Positions 1-14,749 of a DNA stretch of 64,000 nt are shown here, piece after piece. Below the pieces are notes generated by a model. That model saw nothing but the letters and a program-made list of their open reading frames with translations. It was not told the DNA's origin and searched no databases. The position numbers and the translations under genes were made by a program. The DNA is from the human T2T-CHM13v2.0 reference genome, Homo sapiens: the NCBI RefSeq assembly GCF_009914755.1, contig NC_060928.1; one strand, given 5' to 3'. Within the stretch, counting starts at the first letter, position 1; each line of letters starts with the position of its first letter.

Positions 1-247
1 AAATGGCTATGTCCAAGATAGTGTAGTACCAGGTTACATTAATCCCTGTCTGGATAATACTATAACCAATTAGGACTCCAAGTAATTTGAGAGTTTCTCA
101 TTAAAAAAAACTTCAATAATTTCATTGAGCTCATTATAATAGATCTAAAAACTGAATGAATCAGTATATTTTAGCAGAAAGCATCAGCGTACAGAATTAA
201 CAATAGCCTGAAGCATAAAGACATGATTTTTTTTATCATATTACAAA

Positions 248-917
248 TGTAATGACCCAATGGGTTCACCTTGCCCACTGCCTAGACAGAGCCAATTTAT
301 CAAGACAGGGGAATTGCAATAAAGAAAGAGTAATTCATGCAGAGCCAGCTGTGCAGGAAACTGGAGTCTTATTATTACTCAAATCAGTCTCCCCGAGGGT
401 TCGGGGGATCAGGGTTTTTAAGGACAACTTAGTGGGCGGGGGGAAGCCAATGAGACAGGTGTGCTGATTGGTCAAGTCAGAGATGCTTCTTGTGCTTAGT
501 CAGTTCCTAGGTGGGGGCCACAAGATCAGATGAGCCAGTTTATCAATTTTGGTGGTGCCAGCTGATCCATCAGTTGCAAGGTCTGCAAAATATCTCAAGC
601 ATTGATCTTACAAGCAGGTTAAGGAGGGTCAGAATCTTGTAGCCTCCAGCTGCATGACTCTTAAACCATAATTTCTAATCTTGTGGCTAATATGTTCAAC
701 CTACAATGGCAGTCTAGTCCCCAGGCAAGAAGGGGATTTGCCTTGGTAAAGGCCTGTTATCATCTTTGTTTTAAACTATAAACTAAGTTCTTCCAGAAGT
801 TAGTTCAGCCTATGCCCAGGAAAGAATAAGGATAGCTTGGAGATTAGAAGCAAGATGCAGTTGGTTAGGTCAAATCTCTTTCACTGTCTTAGTTACAATT
901 TCGCAATGGTGGTTTGA
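248..917 (-). mobile_element. Solo ERV1 LTR, LTR8 family
   Basis: The reverse complement begins AAACCACCATTGCGAAATTGTAACTAAGACAGTGAAAGAG, like the LTR8 5' end. Near-TSD CAAA/CAAG. Confidence 0.8.
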
Positions 918-942
918 CAAGCAGGCTAGAGATAGGTGGTTA

Positions 943-1627
943 TGATATAGAAGGGCTGGGCTCCCAGCTAAACCCCAACCTTAAGCCTGGAACCGCAGCC
1001 CTAAGTGAAAATAGCTGAATCCATTTTTCCGCAAAAATGTTTTTTTGTTTGTTTTTTTTTTTTTTGGTCTGCCTTACCCCTATCCTGTGCCCATAAAAAG
1101 TCTTCAGCTGGCAGAGCAACACAAGCAGCTGAGCATCAGGGATACAAGTGGCTGAGCAACGAGCATGGAAGTAGCTGAGAAACAAGCAGAGAAGCAACTG
1201 AGCTTCAGAGACTGCAGATAGATGCAACTAACTTCAGATGGTGCAGCTTCAGGGAAAGATCACCTTCTTCCCACACCATCCCCTTTCCAACTCTCTATTC
1301 TGCTGAGAGCCACTTCCATCACCCAATAAAATCCTCTGCATACACTACCCTTCAACCCATTCATGTGACCTGATTCTTCCTGGACACTGGATGAGAACCT
1401 GGGTGCTGAGAGGGCAGGGGCTGGGACACTGCTGTGGGGTCTGCACAGAGCCTTCTCCTGCCAGAGAGGAGCAACCAGCCGGTTCCAGTATTCATTTGCT
1501 TTGGTCCCACACTCACTTGCTTGCATGCTCCCTCTTGCAAGGAGTGGCCAGCAGCAGACTGAGTGAAATGAGCCATCCAGTTCCCACCCATGAAGGGGAT
1601 CAAGGTCAAGGAAACAATCTCATCTCA
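943..1627 (+). mobile_element. Solo ERV1 LTR, LTR27-like
   Basis: TG...CA termini (TGATATAGAAGGGCTGGGCTCCC ... CATCTCA), internal AATAAA, near-TSD GTTA/GTTG. Confidence 0.75.
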
Positions 1628-1775
1628 GTTGTAGAGTCAATTCAACAGCACAACAGTGGCAGAATGTTAGCCCAACATCACTTTGAATCATTTTGGCTTT
1701 CTTTCTTGGTCAAAAGAGGACTGCCAAAGAGGCAAAACACAACTTCACATAACTAAATCCCAAGCAAGAAAGAAC

Positions 1776-2173
1776 TGTTGAAAGAAAATCCTTAGACAAA
1801 TATAATTTAACAGAGTTTAACTGAGCAAAGAACAAGTCATGAATTGGGCATCCTCCTGAGCCAGAGTAGACTCAGAGAGTCCAGCACAAGCATGTGGTGA
1901 CATAAGACTTATGGACAGAATGAAAGTGACCTACAGAAAATGGAAGTGAGGTACAGAAACAGCCAGGTGGGTTATAGCTCAGCATTTGCCTTATTTAAAA
2001 ATGGTTTAAACAGTTGGCCCCCTATGATTGGCCAAAACTCAGTGATTGGCACAAGAGTAGATTTGAGACCATTTACACTTCTATTTAGGTTATAGTTCAC
2101 TATGTACATAGAAAGCTTTAGGCTCAATTTAAAATATGTAAAGAGGCAACTTTAGGCTAAACTTCACTTAACA
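1776..2173 (-). mobile_element. Solo ERV1 LTR, MER57B-like, inserted in an older MLT1-like remnant
   Basis: TGTT...AACA termini. The reverse complement starts TGTTAAGTGAAGTTTAGCCTAAAG. Near-TSD GAAC/GAAT. Confidence 0.75.
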
Positions 2174-2548
2174 GAATGGAGTGGAAGCAAACACATATAT
2201 TCCTTTATATATGTTTGCCTTTAAAAGAGGAGTAAAATCCTTCTCAGAAATCTACCTGGTCATTTCCCCTTAGGTTTCATCTTCCAGAACTGAGTGACAT
2301 GCCTACTCTAGACAAATCACTAGGAAAGACAAATGAGATTGCCAAAACTGGCTTTGACCTGCCATGTTTCATCCATAGAAGTTCTATTGTCAACCAAACA
2401 TAATGGGGATTCTGTTAACAAGAGAGAAAGGGAATGACTTTGAACAGGCAATTAGCAGAGTCTACCTCCAGGGATAGCCTCACTCCAAGACTGGTCTGAG
2501 CTCTGACTGAAGTGTATGTAAAAACAAGAGTATATTTAAGAATAAAGA

Positions 2549-2742
2549 TGGGTCAGCAAACATTTTTCTGTAAAGGGCCAGATAGCAAATATTTTAGGCT
2601 TTTCAGGCTATGTAATCTCTGTTACATATTCTTCTTTGTTATTTTTACGGCATGTTAAAAAAAATGCGCAAAACACTCTTAGCTTTCCTGGCATATAAAA
2701 ACTGGTCATGGACCAGATTTGACCCTACTGTGCCAGCACCTA
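2549..2742. mobile_element. MER58-type hAT-Charlie non-autonomous DNA transposon
   Basis: GGGTCAGCAAACATTTTTCTGTAAAGGGCCAGATAGCAAATATTTTAGGC resembles a MER58 terminus. Confidence 0.65.
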
Positions 2743-3221
2743 GACAGACACATGATATAATCATTGCCTTTCATGCAGTTAGTTAACAAAAATATATGGA
2801 GTGTCTAATATGGTCAGTCACCAAACTAAGTGTTGGGGATGCAGACCTGACCAACGTAGAGTGTATTCCCTGAGAAAGCTCATAATGTAGTGGTATCTCC
2901 TGCCTCCCCACCCAAGAAAAGCCAAAATGTAAGCCTACCTTTCATTTTTATGCAGTAAATATCCTAAACAGTTTTTCTGCAAGTGTGGTATATAATTTTA
3001 CAGATATAGATTTTTAAATAGTACAAAGTTATTTACAAAGTTATTAAGCTGAGAAAATCACAAGTTTCTAAAAAATTACACATATTTGAGGCATGTATGT
3101 CCTACCTACAAGGAATATATATGAAGGATACAAAGTAGCCAAAACAGTATAAAAATACCCTACGATATTGATGTAATTTCTAGCCCTGGTACTATTTCCT
3201 CTGTCAAAAAAACACACAACA

Positions 3222-3350
3222 AATATATATATGTGTATATATATATTATATTATATGTATTATGTATAAATATAATATATTATATGTATAAATATGCTAT
3301 TTATACATATATGTATATATAATACATAATATATGTATTATATCTTATAA
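3222..3350. repeat. Degenerate (TA)n low-complexity tract
   Basis: Seen directly. Confidence 0.85.
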
Positions 3351-4593
3351 AATACGTATCCTGAAACCTAATATCATGAGTTTTAAAACAGTAGTTGTCA
3401 AAAGAAAAAAATTTGTATACTAAACATAATAGAACCCAAGATTGTCTGCTGTAAGTAAATTTCATCCAATTCTTAATGTAAGAGATTAACATTTTATTAT
3501 AGGAATTTCAGCAATTTTAGAGGGATTTTGTAAAATCAGTATGGAAAATAGACATTCTTTAGGAAAAAAAAAAGCATTTAATCAGAATCAATCTGACTGT
3601 GTCAGTGTTTGAGGAGTATTTGAGCCTGATTTAAAAAGTCTTTACCAGTCTTACCTAGAATACCTCCTTGTACTTAAGAGATATTCTCAATCCACTGCCT
3701 TGAGGCCATCAGAGGATCATTCAGTTGCTTGTTCTTTTCTTCTTTTTCATGTTGACTAAAGAGGCACACTAAGCAGTCCTTCTAAGCAAAACAAAACAAA
3801 ACAACAAAAAATAATCACCAACGCATTTCTGAAAAAGAATCAAACTGTCCTTTGGAAAACTGAAATTGCACTTGGGAACTGCGTGTTTCTGTCTTTAAAT
3901 GTAGTCAACAAAATTGTTGCTCTCTTAGAAATGGTTTGTTTGTGATAAGTGAGCTTTCTTTCTGTAGATGAAGTCCCCAGAGTAAGTTTCTGTCACCAAC
4001 ATTTCCCTTTCTTGGACTTGAGAAATTACAGTCTGCAGATAACATACTTGCCTAAGCAGCAGAAAAATGTTCCTGACTTCATGGAACTTCTGAACAGCTT
4101 TGGGAAATAGTATTCCATGAAACTCCCTGGGGAATGCCCCAGAATGTCTATGGGGACCCTAATCCTCTGCAGATGCACATTAAAATTTGCAGCAGGTTTC
4201 TCAACGGGCCTTTCTGGTGTTTTTGTGCTGAGGAAGTTTAAGTCTGTCTTTGGTTCTAAATATCAAAAAAGTGCTAAAGTATGAAGTATTTATCATAAAA
4301 TCTTCTGAACAAACATGATTTGATAGATCGGCTCTAAAAACATGTACAACTTTAATAGAAGCAGCAGGCCGGAGTCATTGAAAAGATTAGGGCTCTCCAG
4401 TCAAAAGATCTGGTTTAAATCTAACTGCTGTTGCTTATCATCTCTGTGACCTTGTACAATAATCCTTAATTCATCTTTCTTTCCTCATCTGTCTAATAGA
4501 AATAATGTGAGCATCAAATATGATAGTACTTTCATTCATTCTGTGATTAAGTGAATATTTGTTGAATCAGGCATTATGTGTCAGGCTCTAAAC

Positions 4594-5367
4594 TGAAAAG
4601 GAGCAGAGACCCCCTCTTAGGGGCCTGCACCTCACCACACCCAAGCATGGAACTAAAGGGAAATCTTGAGTTCTTTCAAGGGAAATTCCAGGTGCCTAGC
4701 CAGCCCTGAGAAATAAATAAGTAACTTGAAAAGCAAGAAAGTAATAGTAGCCCAAAACAACAGCCAAGAAAGCTTCAATCATGGGATGTTTGATTCTCCT
4801 GCAGAAACTAAAGATAACAACATAGGTCTCTGAGTTGTTTTTCAGAAACCCAGACCCCCACCAAACGAACTTGCTGGCATGTAGACCTCAGATAACGAGG
4901 AACTGAAGTCTGAACTCTGACCACTGTTCTTTGTTTTACATTTCATTCTGAGGCGCCAGGAGGGAGTCACATCCAGGAGCCAAGCTAACATTCAAATCTG
5001 CTGACCCCAAATTTTTACACAAGGTTTATCTTACTTATCTAATTGCAAATTAGAAAATCTTTGAATCTATTTATGACACGTAAGCCCTCTCTCCCTTAAA
5101 GTTATCTGTCTTCTTAAGGCCAAAACCAATGCAAATGTATCGACATACCATGTTGCCTATAACTTCTGCTTTCCTGAAATTTACCCCTGCCTTTAAAAAC
5201 TCTCACCTGCAATCCATCAACAAGGCTGTGACTTAAGCGTGAACTGTCTGGTCCTCATTGCTTGCTGCCCTACAAATAAACACCTTCCTTTCTACTGATG
5301 CAAACTGTGGTGTGGATATCTGGTCTTACTGTGCTGGACAAGAGGACCCCAGTTTGGTTCTGTAACG
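4594..5367 (+). mobile_element. Solo ERV1 LTR, MER72-like, inserted into an L2 fragment
   Basis: Starts TGAAAAGGAGCAGAGACCCCCTCTTAGGGGCCTGC and ends GGACCCCAGTTTGGTTCTGTAAC, with AATAAA near 5275. Confidence 0.65.
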
Positions 5368-5487
5368 GACTAGCTGCTGGGATACACAATAGGAAGACAG
5401 CCATAGTCCAGTCTTATGAAAATAGAAGTGCCTGGGAAACTGTAATCTATACATGCTTGTTACCGTGATAAGAAAAATGATGTAATG

Positions 5488-5784
5488 GGCTGGGCACAGT
5501 GGCTCACACCTATAACCCCAGCACTTTGGGAGACCGAGGCGGGTGAATCACGAGGTCAGGAGTTCAAGACCAGCCTGGCTAAGATGGTGAAACCCTGTCT
5601 CTACTAAAAATACAAAAATTAGCCAGGTGTGGTGGCACATGCCTGTAGTCCCAACTTCTTGGGAGGCTGAGGCAGGAGAATTGCTTGAACCTGGGAGGAG
5701 ATTGCAGTGAGCCAGATCACGCCACTGCACTCCAGCCTGGAGACAGAGCGAGACTCCATCTCAAAAAAAAAAAAAAAAAAAAAA
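5488..5784 (+). mobile_element. Alu (AluS-like)
   Basis: Dimeric Alu with A tail. Confidence 0.95.
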
Positions 5785-6493
5785 GAGAAGCCTGATGTAA
5801 TGATGTAATGTATTTGAGGTGCATAGCAATAACCAATTCCATTTCTAGTAATAAATACAAATAAAAATCACAACTTGACATTGAAGCGATTAAAAGAAAA
5901 GTGCATATCCACACCAGTTTAGAGTTTTTCTTTAATATATGAGGTCTCTCATATAAAGTAAAATTCCAAGAGGTAATAGAGAAATCAACGTGGCTTCTCC
6001 TGCCAGACTGATCATTCCTTCCCAGTTTTGGTTACTGACTATATCACTGAAAAGTCAGTTAAGACACTGCTCTTACTAGCGGTGAAATTTGGATATGGCT
6101 TAAAAAGCTGCAATTCAATAAAGCATTAAATTAGATTGCTGATGAAGTATATTCAAGGAAACAATTTACCAATATTTATTAATCATATGTCAAATTAAAA
6201 AATATGTTTCTACCAAAAAATTTAAGGACATCTTTCATCTACTAAAGAAAGAGTGAAGATATTTTTAAACTAATTTTAATGCATAGATTATTTTTCAAAA
6301 AACATAGGTAAATACTACAGAATCCATTATCAAAACTAAACTTCATACTTTAAAAACTACCATAGAATTTCAGAATTGAATTTGACCTTAAAGGTCACTT
6401 TTTAGAAAGCATAATAGAATTGAATTTAGAAAAGAAAAAAAGAAAGGGAAATAAAAGAAGAAAAAAGTAAAATTTTTGCATAAATACTCCTAG

Positions 6494-6811
<318 letters not shown>

Positions 6812-7468
6812 ACACGTAGCTGTTTAATGGCAAACTAGGGTTCTGAACATGATCACGTTAATCCAAGTCATTTCTTCTATAAATGGCTTCTTTTGGTTTA
6901 TAAATAAATAACATAAAAAAGAATATGAAAAACATGACTGCAATGAAATAACCTACTGAAAAGCTTTGAAATTAGTAAGGAATACCAATAAAAATACTTT
7001 TTTGTTTCCGTTATAACAGAAACAAAACATTTGTTAACAACTTCATTTGTTAGTTGATTCAATACTTTTATTTTTAATAACTACTAGTATTAATCTCTGT
7101 ACATACCAAAATAAATAAGGCACATCACTGATCTTTTAGGATCACCCAACGTGGAAAGAGATAAGCACAAAATCAGACAGTATAAAAAAGGATAATAAGG
7201 ACTTCATTGCCTTTAGAAACCATTACGAAGTCAGAGGAATAGCAAAACCCATGAATCATGCTCTGTATGCTACCAGTGTATACTGTGGAGAAAGGAAGAG
7301 TTGGGATTAGCTGGGCAGCCCCTGCATAGAGCTGGTGAAACTGGATTAGTTTAGCATGGGCAGTAGGTGAAGAGGAATGGAGTAGATTCAAGGATGATAA
7401 TACGAATTTCCTTGTCATAACATGGAAATAATGCCTATCTCATTAGGGGGTTATAAAGAATAAAAAAG

Positions 7469-7775
7469 GGGCCAGGAGCAGTGGCTCACACCTGTAATCC
7501 CAGCACTTTGGGAAGCCAAGGCAGGCAGCTCACTTGAGGCCAGGAGTTCAGACCAGCCTGGATGGCATGGTAAAACCCTGTCTCTACTAAAAATACAAAA
7601 ATTAGCAGTTGTGGTGGCACAGGCCTGTAGTCCTAGCTACTCAGGAGGCTGAGGCACAAAAATCGCTTGAACCCGGGAGGTGGAGGTTTCAGTGAGCTGA
7701 GGTCACACCACTGCATTCCAACCTAGGCAACAGAGTGAGGCTCTGTCTCAAAATAAATAAATAAATAAATAAAAA
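7469..7775 (+). mobile_element. Alu with (TAAA)n tail
   Basis: Dimeric Alu. Confidence 0.95.
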
Positions 7776-7787
7776 TTGAAAAGGAAG

Positions 7788-8638
7788 TGATACAGACAGG
7801 AGTCAGGGAAATACTAGGTAGAAAAGGTCCACTCTCAAACCTGGACCTATGGCCCTAAATGAGAACATGCATTCCTATTTTCCCACCCAAATATTGCCTT
7901 TTCCAAAACCACCCTGGCCCATCATGATCCCCATCCTGTACCATAAAAACCCCAAGCTCCACTGGCAGAGGAGCAGAGCAAAGTGGCAACGAAGGAGAGA
8001 AGAGAAGAAGCAACTGGATGTTGGAGAAAAGCAGCTTTACTTCAGAGGAATAGCTTGATGGAAGGACTTTGGAGAAGAGTTCAACTGGGGACTGCCAAAC
8101 TCCAGGGGAAGACTATCTTCCCAATCCATCCCCCTTCCAGCTCCCCTTCCCACTGAGAGCCACTTCCACTGCTCAATTAAAATCCTCCGTATACACCACC
8201 CTTCAATTTGTTCGCGTGACCTGATTCTTCCTTGACACGCAACAAGAAATTGGGTACTAAGAGGGCAAGGTATAAAAGGATGTCACTCCGACCCTTCGCT
8301 GAGCTGCTTAACACTTAGCTGTCTGTGGTTGGCAAATGCTAAAACAGCACTGATTGTAACACATGCCCTCTGGGGTTCCAGGAGTCACAGACACCCCCTC
8401 TCAGACAGCAGAGCTAAAAGACCATTGTAACACACATGGACGCTGCCACAGGGCCCGCAGAGAGCCTGCTAATGCCAGACAGGAGTGACCAGTCAGTTCC
8501 AGCGTTCATTTGCCCTGGTTCCCGCACCTGCTCACCTCCATGCTCCCCCTCCTATAAGGGGTTCAGAGCTGCGGGCTGAGTAGATGAGCCACCCCTTCAT
8601 GAGTCCTGTGAAGGGGTCAAAGGAACTATCCCATCTCA
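7788..8638 (+). mobile_element. Solo ERV1 LTR, LTR1 family
   Basis: TGATACAGACAGGAG...CCATCTCA with a perfect 4-bp TSD GAAG (7784-7787 and 8639-8642). Confidence 0.85.
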
Positions 8639-9127
8639 GAAGCATAACAATGGCAGCATTCATAAAATACTTACAGTAATTCTAATACATGGAGAACTCC
8701 CAAAAACAAGAATTCAGATAGATGGCATCAATGGCTGGCACACATCCTCCACAGCAGGCTTACCCAAGCTCAACTCATCAGTTTTACAATAAAAACACCA
8801 ACCCCTTTTTACATGGCTAAATTGTTGGATCCATTTAGAGCATTATAGTAGAATTTTAAAATACTATTTACTAATTGTTTGTATTATTTCATGCATACTC
8901 CTTATTTAATCTTTATTCTATAAGGGGAGAACTCTTGTCCTGTCTTAGAGGGTTTAGAGAGGTTGAGTAATCCGCCCCAAATTACACAATTCAAGAGTGA
9001 GTGTGGCCAGAATTCAAACTAAGGAGTCTGACTCCAAAGGCCATATCAGTCTAATTCAGTGATTGACAAACAAAAGCCCACAGTCAAATCTTGCCCACTA
9101 CTTATTTCCATGCCACTAATTTTCTAA

Positions 9128-9419
<292 letters not shown>

Positions 9420-9585
9420 TCAGCCACTCTTATTAAGCACTGAATAACTAAAATTAGTGTTTTTTAATAAAACAAAAGACTGCATCTATGCAAAACTTAC
9501 ATTGCAACAAAATCATTTCTATGACAACTAACACTGTTTCAAACCCAGTAAAGTAAAGCTCCTTTATACACGTTACATACTGTTG

Positions 9586-9901
9586 TTTTTTGTTTTCTGG
9601 TTTTTGTTTTTGTTTTTTGATACCAAGTCTTGCTCTGTTGCCCAGGCTGGAGTGCAGTGGTACGATCTTGGCTCACTGCAATCTCCATCTCCCAGGTTCA
9701 AGCAATTCTCATGCCTCAGACCCTTGAGTAGCTGGGATTACAGGCACACGCCGCTGTGCCCAGCTAATTTTTGTATTTTTAGTAAAGAAAAGGTTTCACT
9801 CTGCTGACCAGGCTGGTCTTGAACTCCTGACCTCAAGTGATCTGCACACTTCAGCTTCCCAAAGTCCTGGAATTACAGGTGTGAGCCACTGTGCCCAAGC
9901 T
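9586..9901 (-). mobile_element. Alu
   Basis: Antisense Alu with TSD TACACGT(T/C)ACATACTGTT. Confidence 0.95.
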
Positions 9902-10441
9902 GTACACGTCACATACTGTTAAAGACAAAACAAAACACAAGATCTCCATTCCCACAAAAAATTTGCAATGAATATGTTTTTCAAGTTCAAACTATAGTTC
10001 CAGCTGCATTTTTCAGATCTTAATTAAAGGAAAAACAAGACAAAACAAAAATCCTCCATATTTCAGAATTCACTTAACTGTGCAATTGAGGAGCTTTCAC
10101 TTAGCTTTCCTGCGGGAGTTGCTGGTATGCAATAGAATGGTACACCAAAATCAAATATCAAGAGGAAAATCTAATAGAATTCTGTTTGCCTTTGAGCTAG
10201 TGAATGTGCTCAGTTAAAATCATATGCTCACATATTGATATCAGTATTTGGCAAAACCTATCTGTGTGAGAAGATATTTTCACAGATAAAATACATGAAA
10301 TTTCATTATGGATCAACATTAACAGATGAGTTTACAATTGATTTTGATGATAGCAAGAACTAATTTTGAACGCCAGTTAAGCAAAATATTATCCCCCCAT
10401 TCTTATCATTCATAGACTTGTATGTTTAAATTTTTTAAGCA

Positions 10442-10764
10442 TTTGTTTGTTTGTTTGTTTACTTATTTCTTTACTGACACAGGGTCTCACCCTGTCACTC
10501 AGGCTGGAGTGCAGTTGCACAATCATAGCTAATTGCAGCCTGGATCTCCCAGGCTTAAGCAGTCCTCCTGCCTCAGCCTCCAAATAGCTAGGACTACAGG
10601 CATGCACCACCATGCTGGGCTAATTTTTTTTTTATTTTTTACTTTTTGTAAAGTCAGGGTCTTGCTATTTTGTCCAGCCGACCTTAAACTCCTGGCCTTA
10701 AGTGATACTTCTGCCTTGGCCTCCCAAAGTGCTGGGATTACAGGTGTGAGCCGCTGTACCAGCC
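10442..10764 (-). mobile_element. Alu (AluJ-like)
   Basis: Antisense Alu with (TTTG)n tail. Confidence 0.95.
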
Positions 10765-11126
10765 TGTATTTTCTTTTAATGAACTTGTCATTATTATATT
10801 TTGAATTTCAACAATAAAAAATTTGTAGACATTTGTTTTCTCTCTTCTTATATAAATAGCTACATAATATCCTCAATTTTGCCTCATGGCCTACAAAACT
10901 TTAAATGTTTACTGTCTGACCCTTTATAATAAAATGGTTGCTAACCTCTATTTTAATTCCAACAAATGTTCATTTAATGTCATTTGTCTTCCAAAGTTAT
11001 CTGCTAAATATTTGTACCTTCACAGTAATTTCCAATGTCACTCCACTTGTCTCCAAAATATTTTGGTAAAAATTGAAGAGTATGAAAAAATTGTTTTTCT
11101 GAACTTCCTATTATTCTCTAAAACGC

Positions 11127-11497
11127 TAATATGGTCTGGCTTTGTGTTTCCCCCAAATGTCATCTTGAATTGTAATCTGAATTGTAATCCCCACATGTTG
11201 GGGAAGGGACCTTGTGGGAGGTGATTAGATTATGGGGACGTCTCCCCCGTGCTGTTCTTGTGATAGTGTGTGAGTTCTCACAAGATCAGACAGTTTTCTA
11301 AGGGGCTTTTCCCCACTTCACTCCTCATTTCTCTCACTTGCCACCATGTAAGATGTGCCTATGTCACCTTCCACTGTGATTATTAGTTTCCTGAGGCCTC
11401 CATAGCCATGTGGAAATGACTCAGTTAAACCTCTTTTCTTTATAAATTACCCAGTCTTGGGTATGCCTTCGTAGCAGCATGAAAACAGACTAATACG
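11127..11497 (+). mobile_element. THE1-type MaLR solo LTR
   Basis: TAATATGGTCTGGCTTTGTG...TTTATAAATTACCCAGTCTTGGGTAT...ACAGACTAATAC. Confidence 0.85.
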
Positions 11498-12321
11498 AAC
11501 CCCTTCACCTCTTGCTGGCTCATTTCCTTCCATCCTGTGCCCCACGCCCCCTTTACAGATCCCCAGTGTTTTCATGATACCTACTCATTGTGAATTGTCC
11601 TCTCTCCCTAAGCCTTTCATTGGAATCAAAATTTTCCCTCCTCTTCCTGACTCTATCACAAATATCATTTCAGTACTTACCTGTCCTCAAGTTAACACCA
11701 TTCAGTGTAGGCAGGGGTTTGGATCCCCAAAAGTGAGAGTCCTGGCTGATCCTGACAGATCTATTAATTGAAAGAAGTTTCCAGATGGCAGAGTGAACCC
11801 ATGGATGTTGACCATATTCTTTTCAACTTAAGAAACAACTATTGGTGAGCAAGTGGACCATGGGCTGCTGGCTCCTGAGGTTTGAGGAGGGGAGTCCTTG
11901 AATGGAGGCAACGTGTAAGGCAAAGATTATGAAAAGGATCAACAACACACATTCCAACATCTATTGCCAAGGCAAGCCATTCAAAGGCAGTAATGGCGTC
12001 CCTAGGAGCACGCAGGGTACGGAGGTGACTTCTCTCAGAATGACTTCTGAAGTGGTCCCACTCAGGCTAGCTTCTGAGCATCTTTCTCCCTTCCAGTCAC
12101 TTCCTAACATGAGGGCAAGGATTTCCAAAGTTTTGGCCAAATAGATCAATTGTGTTTGTTTACTTATTTCTATGTATAAACTATCTTCTCAGCAAGCCCC
12201 CCATTATGTATGAGCTACATACATGTTGACTAATAAAAAGAGCTGGTGATATAATGTAGTTTTCAACTATATGCTTTATTAATTACAGTCTCATGACCAG
12301 AATCAGTGGCAAAAAGGATGA

Positions 12322-12663
<342 letters not shown>

Positions 12664-14453
12664 ACATGCTCATATTTATATAATTATATTCAACCTAAGC
12701 CCCTCGTTTTTCTTTGTCCTTTTTTGACTCCACGGATTTCCTCACCCAGGCCGGCCCACAGTACTGCCTTTTTCTGTGCCCAAACTAGGCTTGTATGTCT
12801 GACTCCTTGTCCTACCTATTATTCTGATATAGGTAGGCTGAATGAGTGAGGCTACCTTCTTCAGTATCTACTCAACTCTTTATTGATGATAATTCTAATG
12901 CTTGATGGTTTTCTTTCAGATGGGTAAAAACCATATCACGATTCTGTGATTTAAAAATATACAAAGAACTTGATGTTCACTGTCCATGTATTTTATAGAC
13001 AGTTATTGCTGTTTTACTATTTCTTTACATATTTCATTCTGTGTTTTCTTTCCTTGTCTTTTAAAGTGAGTCTGCTTTCCTTCACTTGATCTATTTATTT
13101 CAAAAGCACTTTTAGATGTTTTTCTACTTAATTTTAGTCTCCATCAGATTAAATTACACAGCCGACCATTTTTTTTCTACTAGCCATATAATTGTAGGGA
13201 AGTACATGTGCCAAAATATTACATTACTAAATATTTGTTATTACCTAAGTCAATGCCCGAATGTCAAGATGGTATGAGGCCAATGAGAAAAGCTTAGAAA
13301 ACCTACAAATGTGAGGTGGATTTCATGTTACCCAGAAGGAAATGTGTATTAAAGGCCAGAGAGTATGGGATAAGAAGGAGAATAGATTAATGCAATGTAT
13401 TTGGGCTTTAGTTGTTAACATAAAACATAAATACTTCCAATGACTGAGACTAGTTAAAAGAAAGATCAGCTTCTGTACAATAGATTCTATAAAGAAAAAG
13501 AACATACACAAATGATATTCTAGATTCCCTTGTAAAATTCTAATAAAGTTGAAAATGATTTTGGATGTAATTGTTAGAAATAAGGAAAACTGTGGCACCT
13601 ATGAAATAGAAGTCACAATTATATTCAACAGCAATCACAATTTGAAAATTTTCAGGTTCTTAGTGAATTGTTATTTAAGTGAGTGGGAACATCAAGCTTT
13701 AAGAAGTAGAGACTGAGAAAATAAGCATGTTACCAAAAAAAAAAAGCCATCTGCAATTGTGAAATACAGAAGGAAGATTGAAGATTCTAAAACAAACTCA
13801 GGAAATGTGCAGTTAGTAGCACTCAGAAATAATGCAAGAGGAGAATAAGGCTGATGTGAATGAGTATGAAAATTATGAAAGCGCTTGAACAAAAGTAAGA
13901 AAGCATGTATCAAATAAAGCACCACACCAGAAATTGCTACTAAAACAAAGAGCTAAGAGCAAGAATAAACTATTAGAAAAACTATCATTATGATGGAGAA
14001 CTAACTTATAAAGTGAGTAAGCACAACAAAGTTGTAAACATGTTCAGGGCAAATAAACCATGTTGAACAAGAATATAGCGTAATTTTAGTTCTGCTGTAT
14101 TAAAAGAACTAAAGTACATAATATACTTCAAAAGTACATAATATACTTTGAAGAAAATAAAATACCTTCTTCGTGAATTCTGCTAGGCTTTTTAAGTCCC
14201 TTCATTTACCTTGTGAAAGGACCTATTCTTGTTCATGCACAGTAACAGCTGATGGCAATAAAAGGTATGAGTTCTTTAGAATACTTTACGTTTAGCCAGG
14301 TTCACACATGAGGGTTGGGCTTTATGATCTTTTGGTGAAATACCAGAACATTTATTAAAGGATAGTATACTGTAGTTGAAAGATAATTAGATTAGGACCC
14401 AGGCTCAAGTTCAGTTTTAATGTTTTATCAGCTGTGTGGCTTTGGACAACTCA

Positions 14454-14749
14454 CTTTTTTTTTTCTTTTTCTTTTTTTGAGAGTGGCCTCATGCTGTCAC
14501 CCAGGCTGGAGTGCAGTGTTGCAATCATAGCTTACTGTAATGTCAAACTCCCGGGCTCAAGCTATTCTCCCACCTCAGCCTGCTGAGTAGCTAGAACTAC
14601 AGAGCGCATGGGACTGTGCCCAGCTTCTTTCCTTTTCCTTTTTTTTTTTTTTTTGGTAGAGACAGGGTCTGGCTATGTTGCCCAGCAATTCTCCCACCTA
14701 GGGCCTCCCAAAGTGCTGGAATTATAAGCATAAACCACCATGCCCAGCC
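14454..14749 (-). mobile_element. Alu (AluJ-like, internally deleted) inside a MIR
   Basis: Antisense Alu with MIR core-like sequence on both sides. Confidence 0.9.

Noticed and set aside
11700-12150. Unique-looking, more GC-rich segment with overlapping short ORFs (possible exon or processed pseudogene)
   Set aside because: No recognisable homology, poly(A)/TSD or convincing splice-site pair.
14111-14148. 20-bp tandem duplication AAAGTACATAATATACTT
   Set aside because: Real but trivial slippage in AT-rich DNA with no functional context.
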